NCBI RefSeq assembly: GCF_964204645.1
Contig: NC_134029.1
Coordinates: forward strand, 5,828,001-5,892,000
Length of the DNA stretch: 64,000 nt
Direction: 5' to 3'
Origin: Tubulanus polymorphus
Lineage: Eukaryota; Animalia; Nemertea
Shown here: positions 1-29,542 of the stretch, piece by piece
Position numbering within the stretch: position 1 is the first letter of the stretch
How the letters are laid out: each line of letters begins with the position of its first letter
Program-made: the position numbers and the translations under genes
The notes under the pieces: generated by a model
The model's input: the letters and a program-made list of their open reading frames with translations, nothing else
The model's database searches: none
Told to the model about the DNA's origin: nothing

Positions 1-229
1 TTTGTCTAACTTTAATTTTTTTGTCATTTTCACTGTTTAAATTTGTCTAATTTTTAAAAGTTTATTGTAGTTTTTCTCGAGTATGTCTGAAATCGAAGTA
101 CATAATTGGGAAATTGGATTCCGGTTCATTCAAACTATCTTCCAATCAGTCTGAAACGGCAAGCTGAAGAAAAGAGCAGAACCTTTTGAGCAGAAAATCC
201 TTTCGAATATCACTGATCATAATTATCAT

Positions 230-3070
230 GTCAATTCATATAAAAGATCAGCAATGTGGATCGATACGTAGATTTTAATAATAGTCTTAAATGATATTTA
301 TGAAATTCAACTCATATAGTAATTCATCTATATTCTAAATATCTAAGCAATGGTTGATTATTATAGTTTAAAAACAATTCAACTAAAGCATCTATAGTCA
401 TCTCTAGGAATACCAGAGTTACAACAAATTTAGTAATGCATAATCAATATTATCAAATCGTTTTTGAACTTTTTTCTCTTCTATCCTCTTGAAATTCTTG
501 ATGTGTCTTTTATTGAAACCCAGGCCCATCATACAGTGCAAACCTGCTAGTAATATTGGCCTATATATATTTCGATTGTCAGCTAAACCATGTTCGTATT
601 ATGAAATTTACTTCATCAAACTTAAGAGATGTTTTCTACCCACAGATGGCGACATCTGTACCCAGTGAATGGTATTCTAATCCATTTCATTAATTCTAAA
701 TATTGCTCCTAATATATACAATGATTTTGTAATTTTGATAATATAACTAACTGAAGAGTGAGTGCGCTGCCAGCATTGAGCACACTGATCCTATAAGTAA
801 CATGGTTCTACAGATTTAAGAAACCTCGAATCATTCCCACAACTCGACAAATCCAGAATTCTGCAAAGCCTTAAAGATTCAATAAATCCCACAAGAGACA
901 GAGGTAAAACATACCCAGTATTCTTTATATATCAATCAGTATTAAATTATACAGTTGTCTTATCAACCCCTATGGTTTAGATTTGAGCACTTTTACCTTA
1001 TATGAAGATGCTGAATTAGATACCTAATCAATTAGTTAATTGATAATGTCCTAGCTATAATTGAAATTGTCTCGGACAATATTTTATATGGGGCTTGAAA
1101 TTTCTACACGAGAAGAATTTCAGATCCGGTACGAATTTGAATTAATCACTATTTGAACTGCTAATTTTGCAACAGAGCTTTTGATACCTAGCTTAACTAA
1201 CCCAGAATCCCCCAAAACCTAACTGATTCAACAGATCCCACACACACATGTGGCCAGTTAGACGCAGATGACATTGCGCGATACAGTCGTCTCTTCCACT
1301 GTGCAATTTTGAATAAGTTTCACTTATGTTCATTACATTGAATTAATTTTAATTAAATTCTAGGTATCTAAGCGAACCATTAATTAGTAATCATACTAGC
1401 TATATTTTAATTGTCAATTGAACAATATTTATGGAGCCTGAAAATCTACATGAGTAGAATTTCAGATGTGGTGAATTCGTCACTATTTGAATTCATCAAA
1501 AATTAAAGATAAAAAAGCATATTTCTAGTGGTAAATTAGAAACTTCCTTAGCCGAATGACTATATAATCTTATAATCTTTATTTCCCTATATAGTACACT
1601 GTGTATAAGGACCAAAAGACCTTGTTATGACCGGACCTCCCTGTTGCGGTGCGAGTCATGATGCTAGAAAATAGTTTGAAGGAGAGGGGTTAGTAAAAGA
1701 GAGCTGTTAGCAAAAGGAATAAGACCTAAGTTTAGGATATCCTGTCAGAATAAGGCTTTCAATCTGACATACACAGTGAAATTGAAATATTCCCCCTTCC
1801 AAATCCAGGAATGTATTTGTGCACAGATTCGATCGGAAGTAAATCTGCGTTAAATTATTTTGGAAATATGTATCAAAACTAATACAGCTGTATGAAGACA
1901 CCATAGGTTCACTTAGATACAGATAAATAGATGTGCTCGGATACACATGTATCAGCTACATTTTAAATGTCCATGGAATTAGAAATTTCACATAACAATT
2001 GAATCAACCTTAATCGATCTAAGTAATACGTTAATGAGTAATTCATCTTAGATTCTAATTTTCAGTTAAACTATATCTAATATGTGTCACTTGACACACA
2101 GTATGGCTTTTAGAAATTAATTGAATCAGTTAGGTTTGAGTAAATTTTGCTAATAATGAAAAGCATGGCTAGTCGTCGTAAGCACGGCAGTTGGCGATAC
2201 AGAACTGATCAGTCAATGAGTCACTTATAGATGTGCTCAAATATATTATATATTTCAGCTATATTTCAATAAATATTTATGATATAAAAAGTTTTTGATC
2301 TAACATCAGATATTGGATTCATCTTAATTGTGAATATCTAAGCCATTTTTCCTGGCTGTATGCTAATTGTCAGTCAAACAACAATTATCATGCGTCGCCC
2401 AAAACAAGACGCAGTGTTTCAGGAATGAATTAAATCAACTAAAGCTTTGGTTTATTCTGGATTTATTAAAGTGTTGAGACCAAATCACTGTTTCATAAAG
2501 ACCCGTAGTCCATAGTTTTCCCCATATAACACCAGACCTCGATAGAGCCTTAGACACTATCTTATGAAATTCATTACTGTTATGTGTGAGGCAGCACACA
2601 GTATATACTGTAAAGTATGGCCTCAATCTTTATAAATTTATCAATATATTATTTGTAAAGAAAAATCTATTAAACGACGATAAAGTTTAATTGATATATC
2701 TTTAAGTAAAGCCGGCCTAAATGTATATGAGGCCTTGAAATATCTACATCAAAAGAATGTCTCATCAAACATTACAAGATATTGAATGATTGCTAATTAG
2801 TAAATTGTCCTATCTATATATTGATTGTAAGTTAAACAATAGTCATATGAGGCCTGAAATATCTACGGTACATTCGAATAATTTCAAATGTCACATAAGA
2901 TATTGAATTTACCTTAATTGTACGTACTTACAAAATCTTTTAATCAATAACTGACCAATCTACATTTTGATTATCAGACAAAAGAATATTTAAGGGACCT
3001 CACTCAATCATTTCGTCTGATATTGTAAATATTCAAGCAATCTTTGCCTAGCTATGTTTCAATTTACTAC
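230..3070. repeat. Degenerate AT-rich tandem array, probably internal to the Mutator-like element
   Basis: Recurring block AATTAGTAA..CTAGCTATA..TTGTCAGTTAAACAATA..TATGRRGCYTGAAATATCTAC. The clearest anchors are at 1087, 1430, 2726 and 2846, with weaker copies around them. Boundaries are approximate. Confidence 0.6.
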
Positions 3071-3194
3071 CAGCCACAGAGCTTCGATAAAGTAGTGCGG
3101 AGATGCTGAGCTTGACCAGTGCCTATGCATTCTACCCCAGGTATGAAAAATCAACTTAGCTTTATGTATGTATGTATTCCTGTTGCCATGCAGG

Positions 3195-6100
3195 ATGAGG
3201 TCAAGACTGCCAGGTTCGGTTGCGGCATGTCTTTCGGTGTTTGGTGGTACAATAGGTAATTACAACTTTAGTCAGTTGCCTAAAGTAATTTAATATCTTT
3301 CACTTATTGAAAACTAATTTATGATCATTAGAAGGAGTCACTCACTTACTCCGTAATTGGCGTATCAAAGCAAACGCAACTGAGACTAATTTTTGTTTCA
3401 ATTTCCACAATAACTTGCTTTGATCAAATTATTTACTGAACGACCACAGTTCAATTTTGAATAGGTAATTACAACTTTAGTTGCCTACTGTTAGTAATTA
3501 CACTTTCCGTAATACTATATAAAGTCACAATTTTTAGACAGGGCCATCATTCATCGACACAATTACGCATCGAGAAAAATTCAACCCCGTCGTCGTAAGG
3601 TCCGTTGGCCTTGTAGTGTTTGCAGCCTGGAATGTATAGATCATTCGATATATTGTCCCTTCTGTGAAATGTGGAGCCATTCAAGCTGCGAGAAAATATC
3701 AGCAAATATATTGGAAAGTCTTGGTGAACTGCCTGGAAATTATAGCTGCAACTCGTGCCGCCACGAAGAAGACGGTTCATTATCTTATGGCCACGCACTA
3801 AAACGATTGGAAGAGTCTGCGATGAAAGGAATAAAAGGTCTAAAGGATGAAGCAAAAATGCTTACGTTACTTTTCCCTGACCAAGAGTCGAAAATGCAAT
3901 TATCCGAATTAGTTAAAGAGTCAGAACTTCAAGTCGATGGGTACAGCAAACACCTGCTAGATATGATCGGACCATCGAATAAGATTCCAATTCGAGTTCG
4001 AGGAAATGGAAATTGTCTATTTAATTCAGTTTCCGTCGCACTTTCAGGAACAGAAGAATTGGCGACGGAACTGAGAGTACGAACTTGTATGGAAATGGTA
4101 TTGAATTCAACATTCTATAAGAACCATGGTAATTATGCTGACTTCCTAAAGTGTTCTCCTGAATTCGACACAGCATGTCTTGAAGCAACCAAGAACCACT
4201 CATATTCTTCGATATTTACAGTTCAGGCATTGGCAACCGTTTTACAACGGCCAATAATGTCCGTGTACCCAGCAGTCAACGGAATTTTTGATCATTGCGC
4301 TAGAATACTTAATTGCAATTTTAATCCAAGAGACAAAGGTATCGCCAAGAAAAGAAAACGACAAAATCAACAAGAAATCTATTTAATGTGGACTAAGTCG
4401 ACTACAGATGAAAGGCCAAGAACAGATGAAACAGACCAAACCATTTCGTTCCACTATTGGAAAAAGAAAAGGCGATGAAGGAACGAAAGATAGGGCCACC
4501 ACCCGAGCAGAAACGAGTTGAACAACGTAAGAAAAGGAATGTCCATTTTACTCCAACCAAAAGAGAAATGAAATCGACGAAATGGCCGAAAAGCGGAGCC
4601 GAAATATCAGTCCAGTCCGACGACACACATCAACACCAGAAATCAGCAACCAGTTTGAAAAGAAAACCGTTCCAGTCGAAGAGTTCAACCGAAGTGAATT
4701 TTTGACATCATCTCCGATTCTTGATGAATCGTGGGATTTATCACCGAAATCAAGTCTTGAGGAAAAGGATGAATTTCAGGAAACCGATGCACTGAATGCA
4801 AGTCGAAAAGTAAGAGAAATCAGTATGTGTGTGGATGTCGAGGGAACGAATGAATTTTCAGTAATGTCAGAAGAAGTTATAGAAGATACGTCGATCAATT
4901 ACCAACGTCTTCAGAACGGTCGTTTCCTTGATAGCATGGATATACTTGGTATTTGTGAAAACACAAAAAACACACCAAAATTAACTCAAATCCCAACGTT
5001 AAAGAAAATTTGTTTTACGTGCTCGACAATTGCCAGAATGTCGATAGGAGAAAGAAACAATATAAAAGTAATTTTACAGATGATTGCGGCGCTTGGGTAT
5101 CGAGCTCGTCATCCACAAAGAAAGTGCTCCTTTATCCCGAAGGTGATCGCTACAAAGTGACAGAACTAAAAAACAGTCTATATTTTACTAAAATCAAGGG
5201 TGAATGGTTACCATTGAAGCCGCAGCCAAATCGCGATGATATCGTTGATCTTCGTCGTTTCTACGCAACATTAAAACGAAAAAACGACTATAAGAAGCGC
5301 ATTTCTTGGATCGAAAACGGACCAGCTAAATTCAACCAGACAATTTCTGTTGTTGAATACATCGGTGGTTTCCCTACCACTAGAAGCGCTCATGGCCACG
5401 CAAAGCATTCAACAAATGAATACATCCGCACGGCACCAGATAGAATCGAAACGATATGTAGAGAGGTTGAGAATAATAACCCAAGCACAGTATATCGGCA
5501 AATGGCTCAGGCGGATGACTCGATCGATGCTCCACGTAATTTGAAGCAAGTCCAAAATGCGAAATATAAAGTCGACCGCGAGAAACGAGATGCCCAGACC
5601 GCAACAAAATCGAACAGAAAAAATACAGCGGACGATATGCAAACAGTCATGAATATGATGGGAGAAAACAAATTCATAAAGGAGATCGTACAACTAGACG
5701 GCAAACCACCAAATGTCATCCTGTACACCGATGAACAATTGCACGATGTTCGCAAGTTTTGTATTGAGGCCGAGCATCCTGAAGTTTTAGGTGTTGACCG
5801 AACTTTCAATCTCGGTCCGTGTTATCTAACACTTACAGTGCATAAAAATATCAACTTGTTACGCTGTAAAACTAATGAACCTCCAATTATGCTGGGCCCT
5901 ATGTACCTACACTGGGATGGATGATGTATTACTTACCAACGTTTTTTTTCCCATCTTAGAGCGGCACTTGAAGGCGATATAACTACTCAGGTCGGATTTT
6001 CTGAGCTTTTAGTCGGTTCCGACGAAGAAACGGCGCTACTGAAAGCCATCAAACAAAGTTTTCCGAACGCCCAACAGGTATTATGTCATCGACATTTGGA

Positions 6101-6630
6101 AGAAAACGTCCGGAGACACCTTCAACACAAGGTCGGGGCGAATGATAAAATAAAACACAATGTGATTAAATCTATATTTGGAAAAAACGGTATTTTAGAT
6201 AGCGAAAGTGAATTTGATTTCGAGAACATGGTAATGAATATAAGAGAGAAGATCACGCGTGTAGTTCCAAATATTCTATCTTATTTTGAGAAACTCGTTC
6301 CAAAACTTAAAAACTATGTATTTGAACCAAAATTAAGAAACCATTGGATTCCTACGAATTGGACAAAATTGCGAGTCATTGAATCACGTTATTAAGATGG
6401 CGATAAACTGGAAAATTCAGAAAGTGCCCGACTTAATTACAAAGTTGCACGAGATCGTACGACTTCAGTATATTGACATGAGGCGAGCTTTACACGGCCA
6501 AGGAAATTACCAACTCGCCCCGAAATTGAGAAATTTTGCAGTCAGCCATGCAGTATGGGCAACAAAAACTAAAGATGAAATAACAAAACATTTTGAAAAA
6601 TTCATGAAATATAAAACATTTATTTTGTAG
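3195..6630 (+). pseudogene. PHD finger + vertnin-like OTU cysteine protease + MULE transposase, disrupted
   Basis: Putative exon 3195-3255 splices in phase 1 to 3538. PHD CSVC..CPFCEMWSHSSC..CNSC at 3612-3758; OTU GNGNCLF (Cys 4014) and PNHFVPLL (His 4442). Frameshifts near 4430, 4570, 5000 and 6366 plus an in-frame TGA at 5922-5924 join ORFs 3669, 4457, 4582, 5010, 6096 and 6379. Confidence 0.85.
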
Positions 6631-6719
6631 ATTGTATTTTGATCGGCTGTCAATAAATTTCAAAATTCGATTCGAGTTTTAATTCTTGATATTTATTCGG
6701 CTTTGGGAATGAAAATCTT

Positions 6720-6837
6720 CGGTTGGGAGGATTTTGGTCGGTATTGGACGGCTTTTGGTCGGTATCAGGCGGTTTTGGTCGGTATTGGACGGTTTTAGGC
6801 GGTATTGGACGGTTTTGGTCGGTGTTTAGGATTACCC
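6720..6837. repeat. Transposon terminal repeat made of about 11 tandem 10-bp units CGGT(T/A)TT(G/A)GN
   Basis: Read directly: cggttttggt cggtattgga cggttttagg cggtattgga cggttttggt cggtgtttaggattaccc. It lies just downstream of the transposase. The partner inverted copy is not in the window, so the TIR assignment is inferred. Confidence 0.75.
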
Positions 6838-6854
6838 ACTTATTGCGATTCAAA

Positions 6855-23902
<17,048 letters not shown>

Positions 23903-25434
23903 TAAGCTCGCGACGGTAAAAGATGCCGGTAGCGAAATATAGTCTTTTTGATGCAGTGAATGACTCCATACAGAATGTAAATTCGGCATCCCCCTATAGA
24001 AAAATATATTTTATATTTTGCTGCGTAGAAGAATGTTACAACTAGCATTTTGTGATTGATTATTGATAAGAATTTAGACGAGCTGTATTCTAACCATCAG
24101 AATTATGGTTTTTTTGTCCACTTAAAGAGTCTAGATTCAGGTAGGCTCAGAATTCCCAAGTTTGTGAACGAAGTTCTTCGTTGTGGTTAATTTGATTATG
24201 CACCCACTTAATTCACAGTTATGAGTTTGATTTGACCAAGAAGACAGTCCAAAGTGGGCTAAAATTCGATGAATGTATAAAAATAGTTTTGGATTTCACG
24301 GCCAAATTTAACTATATGATCCGTACGGGACTGTGAAATTGAAATGAATTGTTTCTCTCCAGGAAGCCAGTTCCACAGACCACCGGGCCATTCATAATGC
24401 AGGCAGTTGCCCTCAGAAATTTTGGAAAAATGTCCTCTTTGCTATTATTAATGTTATATCTAATAGAAATCTAATATAGGATCATTCATTTGGCACTGAC
24501 AAGTATTCTATTATAAGCCTTACAACGTTTTTGTTGAGGCATATAAAAAAATCATTATATCGGTTTTTTAATTTGGATAACTGCCCTTTTTGGGTTTTCT
24601 CTGCCCCAACATTCAAATGCTGGATTCGGTCCTGGACGGAAGTTGAATATTTAGATACAAACTGAAAACTGATTTTGAAAACTGATTTTACCAACACAAC
24701 TGAGAAACCAACCCAATCAAATATATTTCTATGAAATTATTGGTCACTATCTCAGATTGCGGGTTTGGACTGTGTAATTTGATATGCGAGATTGGCCTGG
24801 TTGATTCCGGTCTGGAATACATGTAATAATGATATTATGTCTAGAAAGCGATCAATCTTGTTCATTCATGTATTATTTCAATCCATCAAATCTAGTGGGT
24901 ATATGTCGCATTACTAGTTGTCGCCGAGTCAGGTTGTAGGTATACGCGTAAGATTAATGTAAATACAAATCTATCAATTCCTTTTTACGGCTGGCTCCAA
25001 TACTATACCAATATCGATAAACGAAGAAAATGTTGATTAGTCAACGTAATCGGTTATGATTTATGATGAGTAACGCAACACTATTCGATTGAATTGAAAA
25101 ATGTCGAAATATTCGAAAAAATGATTTACAGAAATTTGTCGATACGAATTTGCAGGTTACTGCTGAGATAAACAGCTCCATAGGCTATTATTCCAAAAAT
25201 GTGTTTAAGAAATTCGGCACTATGTTTGATCCGGTTTTCATAGGATCAATGTAAAGATACCTGTATAACTGTTAATGATTCTGTTAGAAAAACTGGTTAC
25301 TATCTTAGATGGAGAGATATCTCTTTTTAGATAGCTGTGCTAGATATTGGACACGCAGGAAACAATTATGTCAGAAATTATTGTGATGTGTTTTTAATTT
25401 AGCTATATTTATTGATACGATGACATTGGATGAA

Positions 25435-25440
25435 AATAAA
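25435..25440 (+). terminator. Probable LONP1 polyadenylation signal
   Basis: First AATAAA I found after the stop codon, followed by a GT-rich tract (GTCGTTGTTC) about 30 nt downstream. Confidence 0.45.
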
Positions 25441-26618
25441 CTCCATTTCTAAGAAAGTGAATATATCAATGTCGTTGTTCTAGATTTCTTCGGAACTGCT
25501 ATCCACAGACAGGCACACCTGTGGAACTCTCACCACTCGCCCTCCGACCCGTATATCGTTTACAGTGATTACCTTGGAGAAAGCTAAAACTGGCGGAAGT
25601 AATCAGAGGAAATCTCACAGTTTCACTTCGATTATCCGAGTCAAATGTGGAGATTCATTGGACGGGTTTCTCCGGCAAAGATAGCGGCTAATTTCGTAAA
25701 TAGATTTTTATTAATTTTCCAATCGATTTGCCGCCGAGACTGCTGCCGGAGTCGCCCGTTTAGACAGATAATCATTACCGGGAAGATATCGAGAAGGCAG
25801 TTCGAAAAATAAACCAAGGTGTATTTAGAAAAATGTGTTTAATCGGATTTTAACTAATTACTAAAGGAGCATTTGGGTGATAATTTCATACAAGGATAGG
25901 GGTGAACTGGTCCGTCCCCTTCAATATTCGAATGTGCCCTCCAAAAAGTCTGGAATTCTTTTCGCAAAGAAAATTTCAAGAAGACAAAAAGTAAATCCAG
26001 TTAATTTGCTCCGTCAGTGGCCAGAAAAGCCCACTTTTGTTCTGCAATTTCCTACGGTAGGCCATCAAAACCCCCTCAAATGCTTTGATGGCAGCCCTCG
26101 CATTGCCAAATCTGCCCTTTTCAAATTAAGTTCCCTTTTCAATTTGCGGGTACACCCCCTTCGAAGAATCCTAGTCTTAGATAATTTGCATCACTTGACG
26201 CGTGTTCAATATTCACTCACTCTATGGTTGATCACAAACAACGGTTGAACATGAAAGTTGTTGACGCCTTCAGTTTCTCAGAACACAGCGAGCGCGACCT
26301 TCACTTAATTATCAAACTCGCTGTAATTACAAACGGAGATTGTACTCTTCTTTTCATCTGCCAATCTACGAGGAATTACACTCAGACACTCTCTCTTCGG
26401 ATGAACAATTACCAAGTAATTTACCTAACACTAACATTACATTACCTTCGGAAAAATGTGGAATGTGTTCGTTTCGCGTCTGTTTACAAAATAAGCAAAA
26501 TCCGCTCGGAGTAGTTTTACAAACCGATGTTATAATACCATATTACTTAGCGCACTGTGGCGACATGGGATCGGCACTGAGGTGGTGCATTAGAATCAGT
26601 TAGCAGTAAAGATCCCTG

Positions 26619-26966
26619 ATTGGGTCGGGGCTATCAGAATATAGCGACTGGGATCGATATTGGGTCGGGGCTATTAGAATGTGTGGCGACTTGGATCGGT
26701 ATTGGGTCGGGGCTATTAAAATCTAGCGACTGGGATCGGTATTGGGTCGGGGCTATTAGAATCTAGCGACTGGGATCGATATTGGGTCGGTGCTATTAGA
26801 ATCTAGCGACTGGGAGCGGTATTGGGTCTGGGCTATTAGAATGTGGCGACTGGGATCGGTATTGGGTCGGAGCTATTAAAATCTAGCGACTGGGGTCGGT
26901 ATTGGGTCGGGGCTATTAGAATTTGGCGACTGAGATCGGTATTGGGTCGGGGCTATTAGAATGTGG
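26619..26966. repeat. 40-bp minisatellite, 8 full copies plus a partial one
   Basis: ATTGGGTCGGGGCTATTAGAATCTAGCGACTGGGATCGGT starts at 26619, 26659, 26701, 26741, 26781, 26821, 26861, 26901 and 26941. Confidence 0.95.
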
Positions 26967-27636
26967 ATGTGAAATCATTAGTCGGATTGATTCATTGATG
27001 ATTCGATTAATCGCTGAAGAGATGTTTCGCTCGCAAATTCACTAATGCAATTAGAGGTTAAATGTACAATTTACTATTGACCGTATCAAGTATTGTATCG
27101 ATCATGTACATCAGTGATCCATGGGTTTCGGGGTCGTGTAGCACGATGACCACTGTTCGTATAGCCGGAATACGATCAGAAACGAATATACCTTATATCC
27201 TGAACCGATTGTTCAAAGTATTATCATAATGCATAAACACCATCCGAATACGGAACTGTCTGGACAGATTTTATTTGCACAGGGTTTCGACATGTTTGAA
27301 CAGGAAGTTTGTCCAATGCGCCGAAATGCAGTAAACCGAACGGACCCGACGTAGGCGTGACTGGCAAATATTCCAGATCGAATTTCATTATATAAATTCT
27401 TATCCCTTAGTCGCGTCTCTCGTTTATTTGCGGTAGGATTAAATGGTCAACATATTTACATAACGTGGTGCCGTAACTAGTGACCGAAACGTTGTTAGAA
27501 CAAATGGATCGATACGAGTTGTAAATGCGTAGATAAAAGATTGTTGATGGTAGAATTAAGTATTCCGAGTTCGCAAATAATGTGGCATATTGCTGAGCCC
27601 AGTTGGAAACTGCTGGGACAAATTCGTCAGTGTTGC

Positions 27637-27710
27637 TAAAGCCGGGCGTAGGTCGTCCTTGTGACGCGATGCGATCGTCGCGTCGTAAGGCCGACCTTTG
27701 CGCGGCTTAA
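27637..27710. mobile_element. 70-nt palindromic mini-MITE with TAA flanks (PIF/Harbinger-like)
   Basis: 33-bp stem with 3 mismatches and a 4-nt loop (G:T pairs allowed), termini AGCCG..CGGCT, TAA on both sides. Confidence 0.55.
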
Positions 27711-28625
27711 AGCCCCGTGCACACGAGCCGAATAAGCCCCCGCACACAAGCCGAATAATGCGTACGAAAAGTGCGCAGCACAGTTCTCGGTTCGCGAAAT
27801 TTCCCTAACGGGAGGCGGCAAATATGCGCGACTATTTTTCGGAAATGAAATTAGGATATTCGATAACGGCCGCACAAACGAAGAGGCAACTTGAACCGCA
27901 GTTGTCTCTTAATACTGGCGAAATACTGTTCCCGATTTATATGATTTCATATGCGAGGCGCTTATCGAATATAAAATGTACTCGAATTCAGACGACATAA
28001 ATCTCATAGATCTATTACATAAATCCGTGCCCTTCTGCTCTTATTACGGCGGCTGTATGGCGTGTGGGAAGATGACAGCGCATCGTTTCTCTTCAATAAA
28101 GCAATTTCTAGGCGCCAATTCTCCGATGGGTAGTAAATTGTTGGAAGTGTCCCATCTTCGCGCTGTGCTGTGCGTGTTTTCTATCAAAAGTTGGTCGTTA
28201 GTAACCCGAACATGTTGTATATGATTGGAAAGCTGAGAATCAGTTTTTTTTCGATCATCCAATTATCCCAAAAAGTCGTCCGTAACATACTTTATATGCG
28301 AGCGAAGTAATTAACGACAAACATCGTAAATTAAATATGAACTTCATTTTATTCTCTATCAATGCCGTTCTGTATATTATCACGTTTCAAACTAACGTCG
28401 TCGACATTTTCACTTTCAGTCCCAGTTCCTTCATCGATCGTAATTAACCCCGATTATTCTGACATCACAATCACGAATCATCAATCCTACATGTACTTTT
28501 GCTAAAACGAAACTTCTCTTCGAAAAAATTCAAGCACAAAACTTCTTCATTATCTTATACTTGTATCAGAAATTGTCACACGTAATTGTCACACGTAACT
28601 ATTTCCCTCGCAAAGACGCTGCATG

Positions 28626-28803
28626 TAAAGCCAAACGCTCACAGTGTTTATAGAGAAACACAGAAACACGAAATCAAACATGCTTGATCTCGGTGACATT
28701 ATCCCCGAAACCATGTTTCTCGCAAACGCACACGACACAGGGAAACGTTCGGAAGCATACTTCGGTTTCCGCGTTTCCGTGCGTTGTGTACGTTGGGCTT
28801 TAA
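28626..28803. mobile_element. PIF/Harbinger-like MITE, family copy 1
   Basis: Termini TAA-AGCCAAACG...CGTTGGGCT-TTA; internal CCGAAACCATGTTTCTCGCAAA..CGACACAGGGAAAC is shared with the other copies. Confidence 0.75.
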
Positions 28804-29542
28804 GGAATCGTGGCGTAGCCTTACACGTACAAAACGATGCCGCCTTAGCCCAAGCGTAGCGATTTACTAAACTGATATTTACATGAACAAAATATTCAAT
28901 AAACATATTTTTTGTTTTCGGAGATTATACAGAACTACGACATCGTCTGCTTGATAGACCATACTTTAGCGTGAAAGTGAACTCCGCACGCTACAATGTA
29001 ATTCAATGGCGGTTTCGGATAGATCAATTTGATTATACATTATACAATAATGCGTGTATCCCTAGTGAAATGATCCGACGAAATCAACTGCTTCGTTCCC
29101 GCACTGGTCTTATTCACGACTCTATACCCTCATGACAGATATATGATATTCACAGAACGCGAGCTGTTGTTGTTACTGGTCGTGCTGCTGAATTAAACAG
29201 CTTCATCAGTCACGCCGAGTCGGGAATATTATAATATACGTATATAATAAATAAATAACAGCAATACTTTAACGAGCATTTTGTTTGTATAGAACGATAT
29301 AAATGAGTGAATGATACATTACTTATCGAGTCTCGTATATTGGAGACTGTAAGCCTACCGCTAATGGCGCGACGAATAACGATTTGCTCGTTTTCTGTTG
29401 GTAAACAGTAGCAGGCCAACCCGGTATATGACCATCCATATGGTTGATCATATATATCATATATATGTAGTAGATATAGCATATATTCATCGATATGGCA
29501 GGATAATAAGAACTATACTATAGTTTAACCAGACAAAATCAT

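Larger units (their letters stand above)
3074..6837 (+). mobile_element. Decayed Mutator-superfamily (MULE) DNA transposon; right end in window, left end not seen
   Basis: MULE DDE motifs GVDRTF (D 5796), GSDEE (D 6021), CHRH (6084-6095) and NCESLNH (E 6373). AATAAA at 6652. Terminal array of 10-bp units ending TTTAGGATTACCC at 6837. Confidence 0.85.

Noticed and set aside
3302-3310. ACTTATTGA as the left target-site duplication of the MULE
   Set aside because: It matches 8 of 9 bases only, is not adjacent to any terminal repeat, and lies inside the element's putative intron.
4430-6370. Programmed frameshifting or selenocysteine read-through in the transposase
   Set aside because: Four frameshifts and one TGA scattered through conserved domains fit neutral decay; I saw no slippery site with a downstream structure and no SECIS.
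6723-6854. GFW-repeat N-terminal extension of LONP1 in the ORF track
   Set aside because: It is a translation of the 10-bp transposon terminal repeats from a TTG start; the ATG at 6855 has a strong Kozak context and begins a mitochondrial presequence.
26619-26966. CRISPR-like array
   Set aside because: The units are head-to-tail without unique spacers, and the context is eukaryotic.
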